DNA of 64,000 bases from an uncultured Rhodospirillaceae bacterium (GTDB lineage Bacteria > Pseudomonadota > Alphaproteobacteria > GCA-2731375), in contig CAYFPL010000008.1 of assembly GCA_964344935.1 (NCBI GenBank), forward strand, positions 76,754 to 140,753. Reading direction: 5' to 3'. Below are positions 52,530-62,948 of this stretch, piece after piece; position 1 is the first letter of the stretch, and each line of letters begins with the position of its first letter. A program made the translations under genes and the position numbers. The notes under the pieces are model-generated. The model was not told the origin of the DNA. It made no database searches and saw only the letters and a list, made by a program, of their open reading frames with translations.

Positions 52530-53763
52530 TCTCGACCTCGACCATCATGCCGGGCCGCAGAAGACCTTCAGTCTGCGGCACGGCGATTTTTACCGGCAGA
52601 CGCTGGGTAATCTTAGTGAAGCTACCCGAGGGATTGGGGCTGGGCAGTAAGGCAAACTGGTTGGTCGCGGCGTTGCCGATGCGCACGACTTCGCCGACCA
52701 CATCCAAATCGGGATAGGCATCGACGGATATCTTGGCCTTCGCCCCAAGTTTGACGTTGCGGATGTCGGTTTCCTTTACGTTTGCCTCGACCCAGATGAC
52801 GCTGGAATCGTGCATCAACAGCAAACGCTGGCCCCGGGCCACGTATTCTCCGGGCTCGATGAACGTACGATCGACGGTGCCGGCGCTGGGCGCCTTGATG
52901 GTGCGATCCGAAAGATCAAGCTGTTGACGCTCGAACTCGGTGCTTAGGCGTTCTTCGTCGAATTGCAGTGAGGCAATGCGGCCGCGCAGGACATCCATAC
53001 GTTGACGGTCCGCCTGCGCCTCCATGACAGAAGCATTGGCCGCCGCCACATCCGCCTGGCCCTTAAGAACCTGTTGGCCCGCCATGCGGTAAGCCGTGCG
53101 CAATGATTCCCAACGCTGTCGCGAAATCACCTTTTTCGCCAGCAGGGATTGCCCGCGCTCGAAATCGTTCTTGATCTGCTCCAGTTCCGTATCCAGACCT
53201 GCCTTGGCAGCCTGTGCCGCCGTCAGGGCGGCGCGGCTGGCTTCCAACCGGCCACGGGTTTGCTGATCGATCATCCGCACTTCGGCTTCGATCTGTTGCC
53301 GTTCGGCCTGCAGGGATTTGCGCTGAGCCGCGATTTCCCGAAGTCGCAGGGCGGAATCACGATTGTCGATCATAATCAGGGGATGGTTGGCTTCCACCTT
53401 ATGGCCCTCCGAGACCGGCACATCCGTGACCCAGCCGTCGATGCGGGAGGAAATCATAATCATGTCCGCCTTGATGCGGGCGTCATAGACCACGACGTTG
53501 GTATAGCGGCCATAGATCCAATAGGTCAGCCCGGCGATGCCGACGAGCACCGCCGCAACCAGAAGAACCCGGCCGATGCCCCGCCGCAGGCCTGAGGATC
53601 GGCTGGGCAGTCCGCCTACTTCCGTTTGGCCCGATTGCCCCGACTGGCCGGTAGCGGTTTCCGCTTCGCTGTCCGCCGGGTTGGTTTGCTTGTCATCCTG
53701 CGGCTGCAGCCGCTGGGGATTCGATTTGTCGTTCACCTGATCAATCCGATCCTGTCGTTCCAT
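52510..53763 (-). CDS. HlyD-family membrane fusion protein (EmrA-type)
   Basis: N-terminal TM anchor, coiled-coil region (QRKSLQAERQQIEAEVRMIDQQTRGRLEASRAAL) and C-terminal beta-barrel domain; 417 aa. Confidence 0.85.
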   Translation of the reverse strand: MERQDRIDQVNDKSNPQRLQPQDDKQTNPADSEAETATGQSGQSGQTEVGGLPSRSSGLRRGIGRVLLVAAVLVGIAGLTYWIYGRYTNVVVYDARIKADMIMISSRIDGWVTDVPVSEGHKVEANHPLIMIDNRDSALRLREIAAQRKSLQAERQQIEAEVRMIDQQTRGRLEASRAALTAAQAAKAGLDTELEQIKNDFERGQSLLAKKVISRQRWESLRTAYRMAGQQVLKGQADVAAANASVMEAQADRQRMDVLRGRIASLQFDEERLSTEFERQQLDLSDRTIKAPSAGTVDRTFIEPGEYVARGQRLLLMHDSSVIWVEANVKETDIRNVKLGAKAKISVDAYPDLDVVGEVVRIGNAATNQFALLPSPNPSGSFTKITQRLPVKIAVPQTEGLLRPGMMVEVEIAISRD

Positions 53764-54283
53764 AAGCTACGTTCTTCGGCGCGCCCTTGATATCGGGAAC
53801 CGTCACCTGCCTTTCGATGCGTTCAAAGACGGCGAGGCAATGGGCTAGATCCTCTTCCGATATCCCGGCCAAATTTTCACGCCGCACATCGGCGGCGACG
53901 CTGTCGAGGACCTCGACCATGCGCCAACCTTCGTCGGTCAAATGCACAGTTTTGCCGCGCCGATCGGACTTGTCTTGCCGGCGTTCGATCAATTCCTGTT
54001 TTTCAAGGTTATCCAGGATATGCACCAACGTCGGTCCCTCGACGCCGACGTAATTGGCTAGCGCTTTCTGCTGGAACCCGTCCGCCCCGCGGCGCAAATG
54101 CATCATTACCACCCAACGGGCCTGGGTGAGGCCATGGGGGCGCATCTTTTCATCCAGCCGGGCTCGCCAAAATCGGGCCAAACGGCCCAGGCGAAAACCG
54201 AACTGGTCCCGAGGGTCGTCTGCCGCTTCCACCTCTTCCTCGGGCTTTTCGCTGTTTTCAGAGTTATTCGCCGGACTATCCAT
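53741..54283 (-). CDS. MarR-family transcriptional regulator (EmrR-like)
   Basis: Winged HTH HGLTQARWVVMMHLRRGADGFQQKALANYVGVEGPTLVHILDNLEKQELIERRQDKSDRRGK. It is the first gene of the efflux operon. Confidence 0.85.
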   Translation of the reverse strand: MDSPANNSENSEKPEEEVEAADDPRDQFGFRLGRLARFWRARLDEKMRPHGLTQARWVVMMHLRRGADGFQQKALANYVGVEGPTLVHILDNLEKQELIERRQDKSDRRGKTVHLTDEGWRMVEVLDSVAADVRRENLAGISEEDLAHCLAVFERIERQVTVPDIKGAPKNVAYGTTGSD

Positions 54284-54446
54284 GGGTTATCCGAAGGTTA
54301 CAATCGTTCGTCTCATCATAAATTGCCAGCTATTGATTAGCATACTATTAATTCGGAGACAAATTATCGCTTAGCATGGGAATTCCCGGCTGCAATGGCG
54401 TAGACTGTCAAAATCGAAAACCAAAACCCGAACGAAGGATCACGCA

Positions 54447-54770
54447 ATGCTACTTGATGTCCGCACCTACACCTGCCGTCCTGGCACGATCAACAAGCAC
54501 CTGGAACTCTATAAGGAAAAGGGCTTCGGTCCCCAGACGAAGAACCTGGGCCAACCCCTGGCATACCTGAAAACCGAAACCGGAAACCCAAATCAGTATG
54601 TCCATATCTGGGTCTATGAAAACGCCGGCGATCGGGAAGCAAAGCGGGCCGCCTTGTGGTCCGACCCGGATTGGATCGCATACACCCAAGCCTCGGCGGA
54701 ATTGGGCGCCCTCGTCGAACAGCAGAACATGTTGATGAATCCAACGGATTTCTGCCCGCTGAATAAGTAG
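54447..54770 (+). CDS. NIPSNAP-family protein
   Basis: 107 aa, MLLDVRTYTCRPGT...YVHIWVYEN pattern typical of NIPSNAP/dimeric alpha-beta barrel proteins. Confidence 0.7.
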   Translation: MLLDVRTYTCRPGTINKHLELYKEKGFGPQTKNLGQPLAYLKTETGNPNQYVHIWVYENAGDREAKRAALWSDPDWIAYTQASAELGALVEQQNMLMNPTDFCPLNK

Positions 54771-54851
54771 GCTGCAACGGCAATCCTGCGGGGCGGCGAA
54801 GATTATTTTCGCCGCCCCAGAACTTCAATTTTAACCAGAAGAAATGACGCA

Positions 54852-55823
54852 ATGGTATTGAAATTAAATAATAAACTAAAATTTGGTGTTCAAACGATTC
54901 ACCGCCGGACGGAGCCGGCAACAGGACCCTGGCTGCCCGAGTTGGAGGATGGTCGCGCATTGGTCGAAATGGTGGATCGTCTTGGCTACGATTCCCTTTG
55001 GGTTGGCGATCATCTGTCCTTCGCCATTCCAATTTTGGATCCCTTTATCCAGTTGGCCCAGGCCGCTACCTTTAGTTCAAGACTAGAGCTGGGTGTCGGC
55101 GTCTATCTGCTGCCGCTGCGCCACCCCGGTCCGGTAGCAAAACAGGCGGCCACCCTGGATCATCTCTCCAACGGCCGCTTGATCCTGGGCGTCGGCGTCG
55201 GCGGTGAATTCAAGACCGATTTCCAGGTGGCCGGGGTGGACCCCTCGGAACGGGGTGCACGTCTGACAGAGGGAATAGAAGTCCTGCGCAAACTATGGCG
55301 TGGCAAACCAGTGGCGCATGACGGAAAATTCTTCTCGTTCCCAGAACTGACCATGGCCCCGCCGTCCCGCCAAGCCGGCGGTCCTCCCATCTGGTGCGGC
55401 GGCCGTTCGCCGGCCGCCCTGCGCCGGGCCGGCGAAATAGCCGACGGATGGCTCTCTTATGTTGTGACGCCGGAAATGTATCGCCAATCCCTCGAAAAGA
55501 TCCAGGAGGCCGCTGTTGGTGGCGCAGACAGGGATTTCAGCACCGGTCACCTTCTCTTCGCTACCGTGGATGATAGCTATGAAAGCGCCCTGGACAAGGC
55601 GACAGAGACCTTGAGTGTCCGTTACGCCATGGATTTCCGCGAAGCGGCCAAGAAATATTGCGCCCTGGGCCGGCCCCAGGACGTGGCGGAGCGGTTAATG
55701 GAATTCCATGCCGCAGGCGTGCGCCATATCATCATGGATTTCGTCGGCCCATATGAAGACCGGGACAAACAGTTCATCCGGTTTTCCGAGGAAGTTCTGC
55801 CCCTGATGGGGGACTTGCGTTAG
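54852..55823 (+). CDS. LLM-class (luciferase-like) flavin-dependent oxidoreductase
   Basis: KFGVQTIHR...[16 protein letters not shown]...[17 protein letters not shown] is an LLM TIM-barrel signature. Confidence 0.8.
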   Translation: MVLKLNNKLKFGVQTIHRRTEPATGPWLPELEDGRALVEMVDRLGYDSLWVGDHLSFAIPILDPFIQLAQAATFSSRLELGVGVYLLPLRHPGPVAKQAATLDHLSNGRLILGVGVGGEFKTDFQVAGVDPSERGARLTEGIEVLRKLWRGKPVAHDGKFFSFPELTMAPPSRQAGGPPIWCGGRSPAALRRAGEIADGWLSYVVTPEMYRQSLEKIQEAAVGGADRDFSTGHLLFATVDDSYESALDKATETLSVRYAMDFREAAKKYCALGRPQDVAERLMEFHAAGVRHIIMDFVGPYEDRDKQFIRFSEEVLPLMGDLR

Positions 55824-56977
55824 GCCCGGGCGATCCAGCCGCCGCCAAGGACGCGGTCGCCGTCATAAAGCACACAAGCCTGGCCAGGAGCGATGGCCTC
55901 TGCGGCCTGGGTGAGTTCGATGGTGAGGCCTTCAATCTCAGTTGCCGCCAACGCGGCAGGGACCGGCGCATGGGTCGACCGGATGCGGGCTTCGACCGCC
56001 TGCCCCACCGATGGCGCCTGGCTATCCAGCCAGTTGATATCGCGCAAATGAACCTGGCGCTGGCCCAGCGCTGCCTTGGGACCCACCACGACACGCCGGT
56101 TTTCGGCCTCAAGACGCAAGACATAGAGGGGCTCCGGTCCTGATAAACCCAGTCCACGGCGCTGCCCGACGGTGAAATGGATGACGCCATCGTGCCGCCC
56201 TAGGGTGTTGCCGTCTTCATCGACAATGTCCCCTGGTTCGGCGGCGCCGGGGCGCAGACGTTCGATCAGGGCGCCATAGTCGCCGTCCGGTACGAAGCAG
56301 ATGTCCTGGCTGTCTGGTTTCGCCGCAACGGGTAGGGAAAAACCTTCGGCCAGGGCCCGGGTGGCCGACTTGTCCACGAGATCGCCCAAGGGGAAACGCA
56401 GGTAATCGAGTTGTTCCTGCGTGGTGGCAAAGAGGAAATAGCTCTGATCCCGCTGTGGATCGGCAGCCCGGTGCATCTCTGCCCCCGCAGGACCTTGCAG
56501 GCGGCGCACGTAATGGCCCGTAACCAGGGCGGCAGCATCCAAATCCCGCGCCGTCGCCAAAAGGTCGGCAAACTTGACGGTCTGGTTGCAGCGGATACAG
56601 GGGATGGGGGTGGACCCGGCCAGGTAATCGTCCACGAAATCATCGATCACGGCGCTGCGGAACCGATCTTCGTAGTCCAGAACATAGTGGGCGATGCCCA
56701 GGCCCGCCGCCACCTGCTTGGCATCGTAGATATCGGCCCCGGCGCAACAGGCGCCTTTGCGTTGGATGGCCTGGCCGTGGTCGTAAAGCTGTAGCGTGAT
56801 ACCCACCACCTCGTAGCCAGCGCGCTGGCAAAGGGCGGCACAGACCGAGGAATCTACACCTCCCGACATGGCCAAGACCACGCGCCCACCCGGTTCTACC
56901 CCGTCCAATAGGCAACCGTTCGCGATCATTTCGTCTATAGCTGGGGTCTGCTGCATGGCTGGCAATATAGGGGTCAT
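55820..56977 (-). CDS. mnmA: tRNA-specific 2-thiouridylase
   Basis: PP-loop [13 protein letters not shown] and catalytic-Cys region PIPCIRCN; 385 aa. Confidence 0.9.
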   Translation of the reverse strand: MTPILPAMQQTPAIDEMIANGCLLDGVEPGGRVVLAMSGGVDSSVCAALCQRAGYEVVGITLQLYDHGQAIQRKGACCAGADIYDAKQVAAGLGIAHYVLDYEDRFRSAVIDDFVDDYLAGSTPIPCIRCNQTVKFADLLATARDLDAAALVTGHYVRRLQGPAGAEMHRAADPQRDQSYFLFATTQEQLDYLRFPLGDLVDKSATRALAEGFSLPVAAKPDSQDICFVPDGDYGALIERLRPGAAEPGDIVDEDGNTLGRHDGVIHFTVGQRRGLGLSGPEPLYVLRLEAENRRVVVGPKAALGQRQVHLRDINWLDSQAPSVGQAVEARIRSTHAPVPAALAATEIEGLTIELTQAAEAIAPGQACVLYDGDRVLGGGWIARA

Positions 56978-57042
56978 TCAGGGTGCTGCAAGGGCGGCGT
57001 CTGAAGCCTTTCTTAACCATATGCCGCGAAGCTTTGCCGATC

Positions 57043-59679
57043 ATGAGCGTGGACGAACAATCCCTGTCACCGGCGAACCCGGATCCGGAGATTCTTTGGC
57101 AACAGGCCAATGAACTCGTGGGCCGTGGCGCCCTGGTGGAGGCGATCCCACTGTACCTGCAGGTCTCGGATCTGTGGCCGGAGCGTCCGGCGGTTTGGCT
57201 GAATCTTGGCATCGTACTGGGCGCGCTGCAGCGCCATTACGAGGCACGGCAATGCCTGGAGCGCGCCTTGGAGATGGATCCTGGCCAACCCCAGACCCAT
57301 TTCCAACTGGGCCAGATGCACGAACATCTGGGAAGGCCGGACGCCGCAGCGGAAAGCTATTTGGCGGCCACCGCGCGGGACCCTAACTTGCTGGAAGCCT
57401 GGCAGAATCTTGCCGATATCTGCCTACAAGCAGGACAGCTCGAATTGGCCGAACAATATCTGGGAACTGTGTTGGCACGCGATCGCAACCATGGGCCCGG
57501 CAACTTCTCTCTCGGCAATCTGCGCCAGGCCCAGGGCGATGACGAGGCCGCCGCGCGTCACTTCGCCATCGCCTACGAGGCCACGGGTGATCCCGCCTGT
57601 GGCAACAACCTGGCGGCCGCTCTGGAACGTCTAGGTCGCGGGGGTGAGGCCATCGACATATTACAGGCGGTAGTCGCGGCCCGGCCCGACTATAAACTGG
57701 CCTGGAACACCCTGGGCGGGCTGTTCATGGGGATGGAGCAGTTCGACCGCGCCAAAGAGGCCCTGGAACGGGCCATTTATCTTGACCGCGACTTTCACGC
57801 CGCCCGCCACGGTCTAGCTCGCTGCCTGGTGCAGATGCGGGATTTGGCGGGAGCACGGGAACAATTTTCCCAAGCGCTGCTGGCAACACCCAACGATGTC
57901 TCGCTCATCAAGGACTACCTGGTGGTTCTCGAACATCTGGGCGAGTTCGAAGCTGCCCTAGCCCTGCGGGCGGAGGCCATGGTCAAGGTGCCCGATGATG
58001 CGGAACTGATCGCCAACCAGGCCAATCTGCTGCATTCCCTGCGCCGTTTTGACGAGGCGTTGGAGTTGGCAGCGCACGCCCTGGCAATCGACCCAGGAGA
58101 ATTACGCGCTCAAATCACCATCGCCTCCACCTACATCGTTACGGAACGGCTTGACGAGGCACGGGCGCAACTGATGCAAATCGTCGAGTCCGGCACCGAA
58201 GACCGTTTGATCCTGAGCAAAGTGGGCGCCCTGTTCGAACAGATCAAGGAGGCAGAGGAAGCCGTCAGGGTCTATGAACGCATTCAGGACCTGTATTCCG
58301 ATGACAGTGAGGCCGCCATTCGCATCTTCGATCTGAAGATGGCCATGTGCGATTGGCAGGACTATGACGCCGTCTGCCGGGCCCAGATCGAGCAGCTTGA
58401 GAATGGCGAAGGCGATATCGACGTCTTCAATCTGCAGGCACTTCCTGTGGACTATGCTTTTATCGGCAAAGTCGCGAAACGTGCGGCTGACAAGATCGCC
58501 GCCGATGCGCGTGGCGCCATCGATCCCCCGGTTTTGATTCATCCCAGCCCCCGCAAGCCTGGGCGTATCCGCCTGGGCTATGCCCTGGCCTATACCTGGT
58601 TCCACAGCCTGCCCCTGGTGCACAAGGAGATTGTCGCCCGCCATGACCGCGACCGTTTCGAGGTCTTCGGTTATTCCGTCCGCCCCAGCGACGGCAGCAA
58701 TTTCTGCGCCGATTACCGCGGCGCTTTCGATCATTTTCGGGATCTGCCCGATGCTGCGCCTTATCTGGCGGCCCAGACGATCCACGGCGACGGTATCGAT
58801 ATTCTGATCGATGTTACCGGCCTGACCTCGATCAATTGCATGCCGGTAAGCTCGTTTAGGCCGGCGCCCATTCAGATGCACGGTTATGGCTATTCCATCA
58901 CCACCGGTGCCGACTACATCGATTATCTGATCACTGACCGAACCTATATCCCAGAGAACTGGGAAGAGGTGGGGCCGGAAAAACTGCTGTACCTGCCGAA
59001 TACCTTCATGCCGACCAAGCGTCCGGAAAAGATCGGCGGGCAGGTTTCAAGGGCGGATGTGGGGCTCCCCGAAAACGGCATTGTCTTCTGCAACTTCAAT
59101 CACCCTTGCAAATTCGAACCGGTCATCTTCTCCGCCTGGATGGAAATCATGAAACAGGTTCCCGGCAGCGTCATGTGGTTCGGAGCCTGGATGCGCGATA
59201 CGCAAACAAACCTGCGTCGGGAGGCGGCAAAATTTGGTATCGACGGCGAACGCCTCGTCTTCGCCGATATCGTCGAACATGAAAACCATCTGGCCCGCCT
59301 GGCCGTGGCTGACCTGGCGTTAGACAACCTGCATCACGGCGGCGGCATCACATCCGTCGATGCGTTGTGGGTAGGTCTGCCGGTCTTGACCATTCTGGGC
59401 GACAAGCCGGGTGGCCGCCTGGGCGCCACATTGTGCCGGGCTGCAGGCGTACCCCAGATGATCGCGGAAGACCTAAGGGTCTATGTGGAGCGGGCGGTGG
59501 AGTTAGCCAACGATAGGCTGCAACGGCAAAAACTGCGCGAGAAACTGATTGCCGGTCGAGAAACCCACGCCTTATTCGACAATGACCGTTATGTCCGCAA
59601 TCTCGACAAGGCTTTGGCCGCGGTTTGGGACAATCACCTTGCGGGAGAGCCGCCGCGTCGCCTTGAAATCACCGAGTAA
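57043..59679 (+). CDS. TPR-repeat protein with a C-terminal GT41 (O-GlcNAc-transferase-like) glycosyltransferase domain
   Basis: About 12 N-terminal TPR units are followed by an OGT-like catalytic region (VFCNFNHPCKFEPVIFSAWMEIMKQVPGSVMW...LDNLHHGGGITSVDALWVGLPVLT). The track ORF starts at 56983. Confidence 0.75.
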   Translation: MSVDEQSLSPANPDPEILWQQANELVGRGALVEAIPLYLQVSDLWPERPAVWLNLGIVLGALQRHYEARQCLERALEMDPGQPQTHFQLGQMHEHLGRPDAAAESYLAATARDPNLLEAWQNLADICLQAGQLELAEQYLGTVLARDRNHGPGNFSLGNLRQAQGDDEAAARHFAIAYEATGDPACGNNLAAALERLGRGGEAIDILQAVVAARPDYKLAWNTLGGLFMGMEQFDRAKEALERAIYLDRDFHAARHGLARCLVQMRDLAGAREQFSQALLATPNDVSLIKDYLVVLEHLGEFEAALALRAEAMVKVPDDAELIANQANLLHSLRRFDEALELAAHALAIDPGELRAQITIASTYIVTERLDEARAQLMQIVESGTEDRLILSKVGALFEQIKEAEEAVRVYERIQDLYSDDSEAAIRIFDLKMAMCDWQDYDAVCRAQIEQLENGEGDIDVFNLQALPVDYAFIGKVAKRAADKIAADARGAIDPPVLIHPSPRKPGRIRLGYALAYTWFHSLPLVHKEIVARHDRDRFEVFGYSVRPSDGSNFCADYRGAFDHFRDLPDAAPYLAAQTIHGDGIDILIDVTGLTSINCMPVSSFRPAPIQMHGYGYSITTGADYIDYLITDRTYIPENWEEVGPEKLLYLPNTFMPTKRPEKIGGQVSRADVGLPENGIVFCNFNHPCKFEPVIFSAWMEIMKQVPGSVMWFGAWMRDTQTNLRREAAKFGIDGERLVFADIVEHENHLARLAVADLALDNLHHGGGITSVDALWVGLPVLTILGDKPGGRLGATLCRAAGVPQMIAEDLRVYVERAVELANDRLQRQKLREKLIAGRETHALFDNDRYVRNLDKALAAVWDNHLAGEPPRRLEITE

Positions 59680-59782
59680 CCGCCCGGAATACCGCTAAAT
59701 CTTAAGCGAAAGTTTACCCCTGCCCGGCATGGTTAATGATCCTAGGGACAAGCCCCCGCTTGGGGCCGGGAGCATCGAATAG

Positions 59783-60937
59783 ATGTCATACAAGGTCACG
59801 TCCATGATGGTCGAAGGCGTCCGCCATGCTTTTGTCGAGATCGGCGAGGGCTATGACGACGGCGGTGCGCGCAGCGGCTATGTGAACCTGGAGGGCCACA
59901 GCGAACACGCCGTCCAACTCAATTCCATGATGGTGCAGCACATTAAGAACAGCGGCGCCACGGAACTATTCACTGATCCCATGCAGATCAACGTGGATAT
60001 ATGCACCTCTTGCGATATGCATTGCCCGTTCTGCCCCTACCATGGCGATATGCCCCATACGGATTTCAATCCTTCCAAGCGGCTGATGGATATGGAGACG
60101 ATCCGGGATATCCTCGGCGCTTTCGCCAACAGCCATATCATCTCACTTGGCTGCTCGGGCGAACCGTTCCTGCACCCCAAACTTCCCGAGATTGTCGACC
60201 TTTGCTACGAGCTTCACCCCTATTCCGAAGTACACCTCTCCACCGACGGTCTGCGCGCCGATCGTTTCGACATTCCGACCTTCTTCGCCAAACCGAATAT
60301 CCGGGTGATCAACTTCTCCATCGATACGCTCTCGGCGGCGGAGCATCAGAGCTGGACCAAGGTCAAAAACAGCCTGAACACGGCCCAGGAAAACCTGCGC
60401 CAAGTGGCGAAATGGAAATACGTCAACCGGCGGGACGATCTGCGCGTCATCGCCTCCAGTGTTTTGAAGAAATCGGAAATTCATCGAATCGGCGAGATCA
60501 TCGACTTCTATCAGCCTTTCGAAATCGACTATCTGGGCTTTCAGAATTACATCCCCCCCGATCGCAACGGGGACGAGACCCTTACCACGGAAGATGTGGA
60601 GATCATGGACTTCCTGCGGGAAATTCAGGCCACAAAGAAAAGCAAATTTCGCGTCGGGCTGGTCCAGCCCATTGATAACAAGCGGGACCGAAACTATTGC
60701 TCCAATCCGTGGAACCTACTGACGATCGATCCCGACCGTAACATCAGCCCCTGTTGCAATGTCCCCCGTCATCCCCGCCACGGCGGTTTTGAGGGTCATG
60801 ATAGCTGGAACAACGATGTCCTGGCCCGGACCCGCGAGACCCTGGCACGCGGCGATCTGCCCATGGACTATTGCATCAACTGCTGGGCCAACGAGAATCC
60901 CGATAACCGTCTCTACATCGAAGGGCAAGACGCATGA
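59783..60937 (+). CDS. Radical SAM enzyme with a C-terminal SPASM/twitch-like Cys cluster
   Basis: CDMHCPFC is the CxxxCxxC cluster-binding motif. The C-terminal Cys residues are ISPCCNVPRH...DYCINCW. The stop overlaps the next gene as ATGA. Confidence 0.75.
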   Translation: MSYKVTSMMVEGVRHAFVEIGEGYDDGGARSGYVNLEGHSEHAVQLNSMMVQHIKNSGATELFTDPMQINVDICTSCDMHCPFCPYHGDMPHTDFNPSKRLMDMETIRDILGAFANSHIISLGCSGEPFLHPKLPEIVDLCYELHPYSEVHLSTDGLRADRFDIPTFFAKPNIRVINFSIDTLSAAEHQSWTKVKNSLNTAQENLRQVAKWKYVNRRDDLRVIASSVLKKSEIHRIGEIIDFYQPFEIDYLGFQNYIPPDRNGDETLTTEDVEIMDFLREIQATKKSKFRVGLVQPIDNKRDRNYCSNPWNLLTIDPDRNISPCCNVPRHPRHGGFEGHDSWNNDVLARTRETLARGDLPMDYCINCWANENPDNRLYIEGQDA

Positions 60938-62523
60938 GCCCCCGCGAAGTCATCCTGGTCAATCCGCCCGCGGAGGTGACGCGGGAGGAAAATTACGACC
61001 TGCCGGAATATCCTCATGTCGGTCTGGCCTATATCGCCGGCTATCTGGAGAAACGCGATGTCATCGCGCCGGCAGTGATCGATGGCAAGATGCAGCGCCT
61101 GTCCATGGACCAGGTTGTCGAGCAGGTGGCCGCCCGCAAGCCCCTGGCCGTCGGCTTTTCGGCCATGACGCATATGGTGATGACGGCGGCGAAGCTGGCC
61201 AAACGGATCAAGGCCCTATCGCCCGAGACGGTAATGGTGCTTGGCGGCTTCCACGCCACCTTCTTGCCCCAGCGCAGCCTGGATGAATTCCCCGAGATCG
61301 ACTACGTGGTCGCCGGCGAAGGCGAGATCGCCTTTGTGGAACTGATTGCCGCCCTGCGCGCGGGCGAACTATCGCCGCGAATTCCCGGTGTCTGGCATCG
61401 GGGCGAAGGCGGCGGCAACGCTGGCCGCGGCGCAATCGAGGATGACCTGAACCAATTAGACCCGCCGGCCTGGCATCTGTTCGACAAACGGGCCATGGCG
61501 GATCATTGCCGTTCCATCCCCATCATGTCGCAACGGGGCTGTCCCTTCGGCTGCAACTTCTGTTCCCGACCGTATGGCCGGGTGGTGCGCCAGATGGACC
61601 CGGCCGCCGTGGTCGATCACATGGAATATTGCGTCGAACAACTGGGCGTCAGCAACTTCCAGTTTTATGACGAGACCTTCACGGTCAAGAAGGACCACGT
61701 CGCCGCCATCTGCCAAGGCATCATCGACCGGGGATTGGAGGTTCGTTGGAATGCTCTGGTTCATGCCAACACCCTGGACGAGGCGATCGTCCGGCATATG
61801 AAAGATGCCGGCTGTGTCGAAATCTGCATGGGTGTGGAAAGCGGCAACGAGGACATCATGGCGGCCATGAAGAAGGGCGTCAGCAAGGAGAAGATCCTGC
61901 GTGCCGGCGAGATCTTGAAAAAAGTCGGCCTGCCGTTTAGTGGCACATTTATCCTCGGTCATCCGAACGAAACCATCGATACCATCATCGATACCATCCG
62001 TTTCGCCCACCGCTTTAAGCCGACCCGGCCCGCCTTTGGCATCATGGTGCCCTATCCCGGCACCCTGGTCTGGGAATTGGCGCGCACGGGCAAAGGCGGC
62101 TACCTGAACGTCTCCGAGAACTGGGACGAATACAACAAGCACTATGGCAACGCGGTAGAGATGGTGGGCCTGCCTCGCCAGACCCTGGAGTTGATGAAGC
62201 TGATCGCTTATCTGCACGCCTATTTCTATCACCCGGACATGGATGCGTTTCTCGATAAAATCCGCCTCGGCCTGCCGGATGCGGATAAAGCTGTATTCCT
62301 GAGCGAACAGATCGCTCGCGTCCGGGGTGAAATGGCCCAAGCCGATTATGACACCGTCTATGCGGACGCCAATAAACGCAAGGCGATCCTGACCTTCATG
62401 GCACGGGAGTTCCAGGATTTGGGTCAGCAGCGTGTCTACAGCGCCGACGACGGCAAAGTTTTGCCCCATATGCTGCGCGACGAACTGATCTTCGAGGATA
62501 CGTCCTGGAAGACAGGCATGTAG
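60934..62523 (+). CDS. B12-binding-domain radical SAM enzyme (class B)
   Basis: The N-terminus is a cobalamin-binding Rossmann-like domain, followed by CPFGCNFC (CxxxCxxC) at aa ~203; 529 aa. Confidence 0.8.
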   Translation: MSPREVILVNPPAEVTREENYDLPEYPHVGLAYIAGYLEKRDVIAPAVIDGKMQRLSMDQVVEQVAARKPLAVGFSAMTHMVMTAAKLAKRIKALSPETVMVLGGFHATFLPQRSLDEFPEIDYVVAGEGEIAFVELIAALRAGELSPRIPGVWHRGEGGGNAGRGAIEDDLNQLDPPAWHLFDKRAMADHCRSIPIMSQRGCPFGCNFCSRPYGRVVRQMDPAAVVDHMEYCVEQLGVSNFQFYDETFTVKKDHVAAICQGIIDRGLEVRWNALVHANTLDEAIVRHMKDAGCVEICMGVESGNEDIMAAMKKGVSKEKILRAGEILKKVGLPFSGTFILGHPNETIDTIIDTIRFAHRFKPTRPAFGIMVPYPGTLVWELARTGKGGYLNVSENWDEYNKHYGNAVEMVGLPRQTLELMKLIAYLHAYFYHPDMDAFLDKIRLGLPDADKAVFLSEQIARVRGEMAQADYDTVYADANKRKAILTFMAREFQDLGQQRVYSADDGKVLPHMLRDELIFEDTSWKTGM

Positions 62524-62526
62524 GTC

Positions 62527-62817
62527 TTATCGGTCCGCACCGTGCCGTTTCAACTCGCGGCGGCAAGCGTGGGACAAGCGTTCCAATCGACTCAGCCAAT
62601 CGTCCGATCCCAGTGAAGCGACCTGGATATCGCCAAGGACTCGTATGTTGCAATATCCGATCAGGTTTCTGAGCGCCTCAGCCGACTTGTCAGGTATATC
62701 CAAGTTCTCAATGCACGCCTCGAAGTCGCGGACACGCGCCTCTCCGATTTGAAGGCGCAATGGCACGATTACGTCTTCCGCTAGGGTCTTAACCCTGTCC
62801 ATTGACATGCTGGTCAC
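62527..62817 (-). CDS. Hypothetical small protein
   Basis: 96-aa ORF immediately downstream of, and convergent with, the radical-SAM pair. No recognisable motif. Confidence 0.3.
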   Translation of the reverse strand: MTSMSMDRVKTLAEDVIVPLRLQIGEARVRDFEACIENLDIPDKSAEALRNLIGYCNIRVLGDIQVASLGSDDWLSRLERLSHACRRELKRHGADR

Positions 62818-62948
62818 TCAGGTCCGGAATGCAGGAACGACGATGATACGCCGTGCAGCCATTTGTGACATCATTCGGTTTCAATCGCCGCAGGTTCACT
62901 ATTTCTCAATGAGATCTTTCCCGTGAGACGATGTGAGTTGGACCCATT

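Noticed and set aside
58102-58881. 259-aa minus-strand ORF inside the TPR/GT41 gene
   Set aside because: Antisense to a coherent 880-aa TPR-OGT reading frame. Rejected as spurious.
61456-62469. 337-aa minus-strand ORF inside the B12-binding radical SAM gene
   Set aside because: The plus-strand frame carries the CxxxCxxC and cobalamin-domain motifs. The antisense ORF has no features and is Gly/Asp/His-rich noise.
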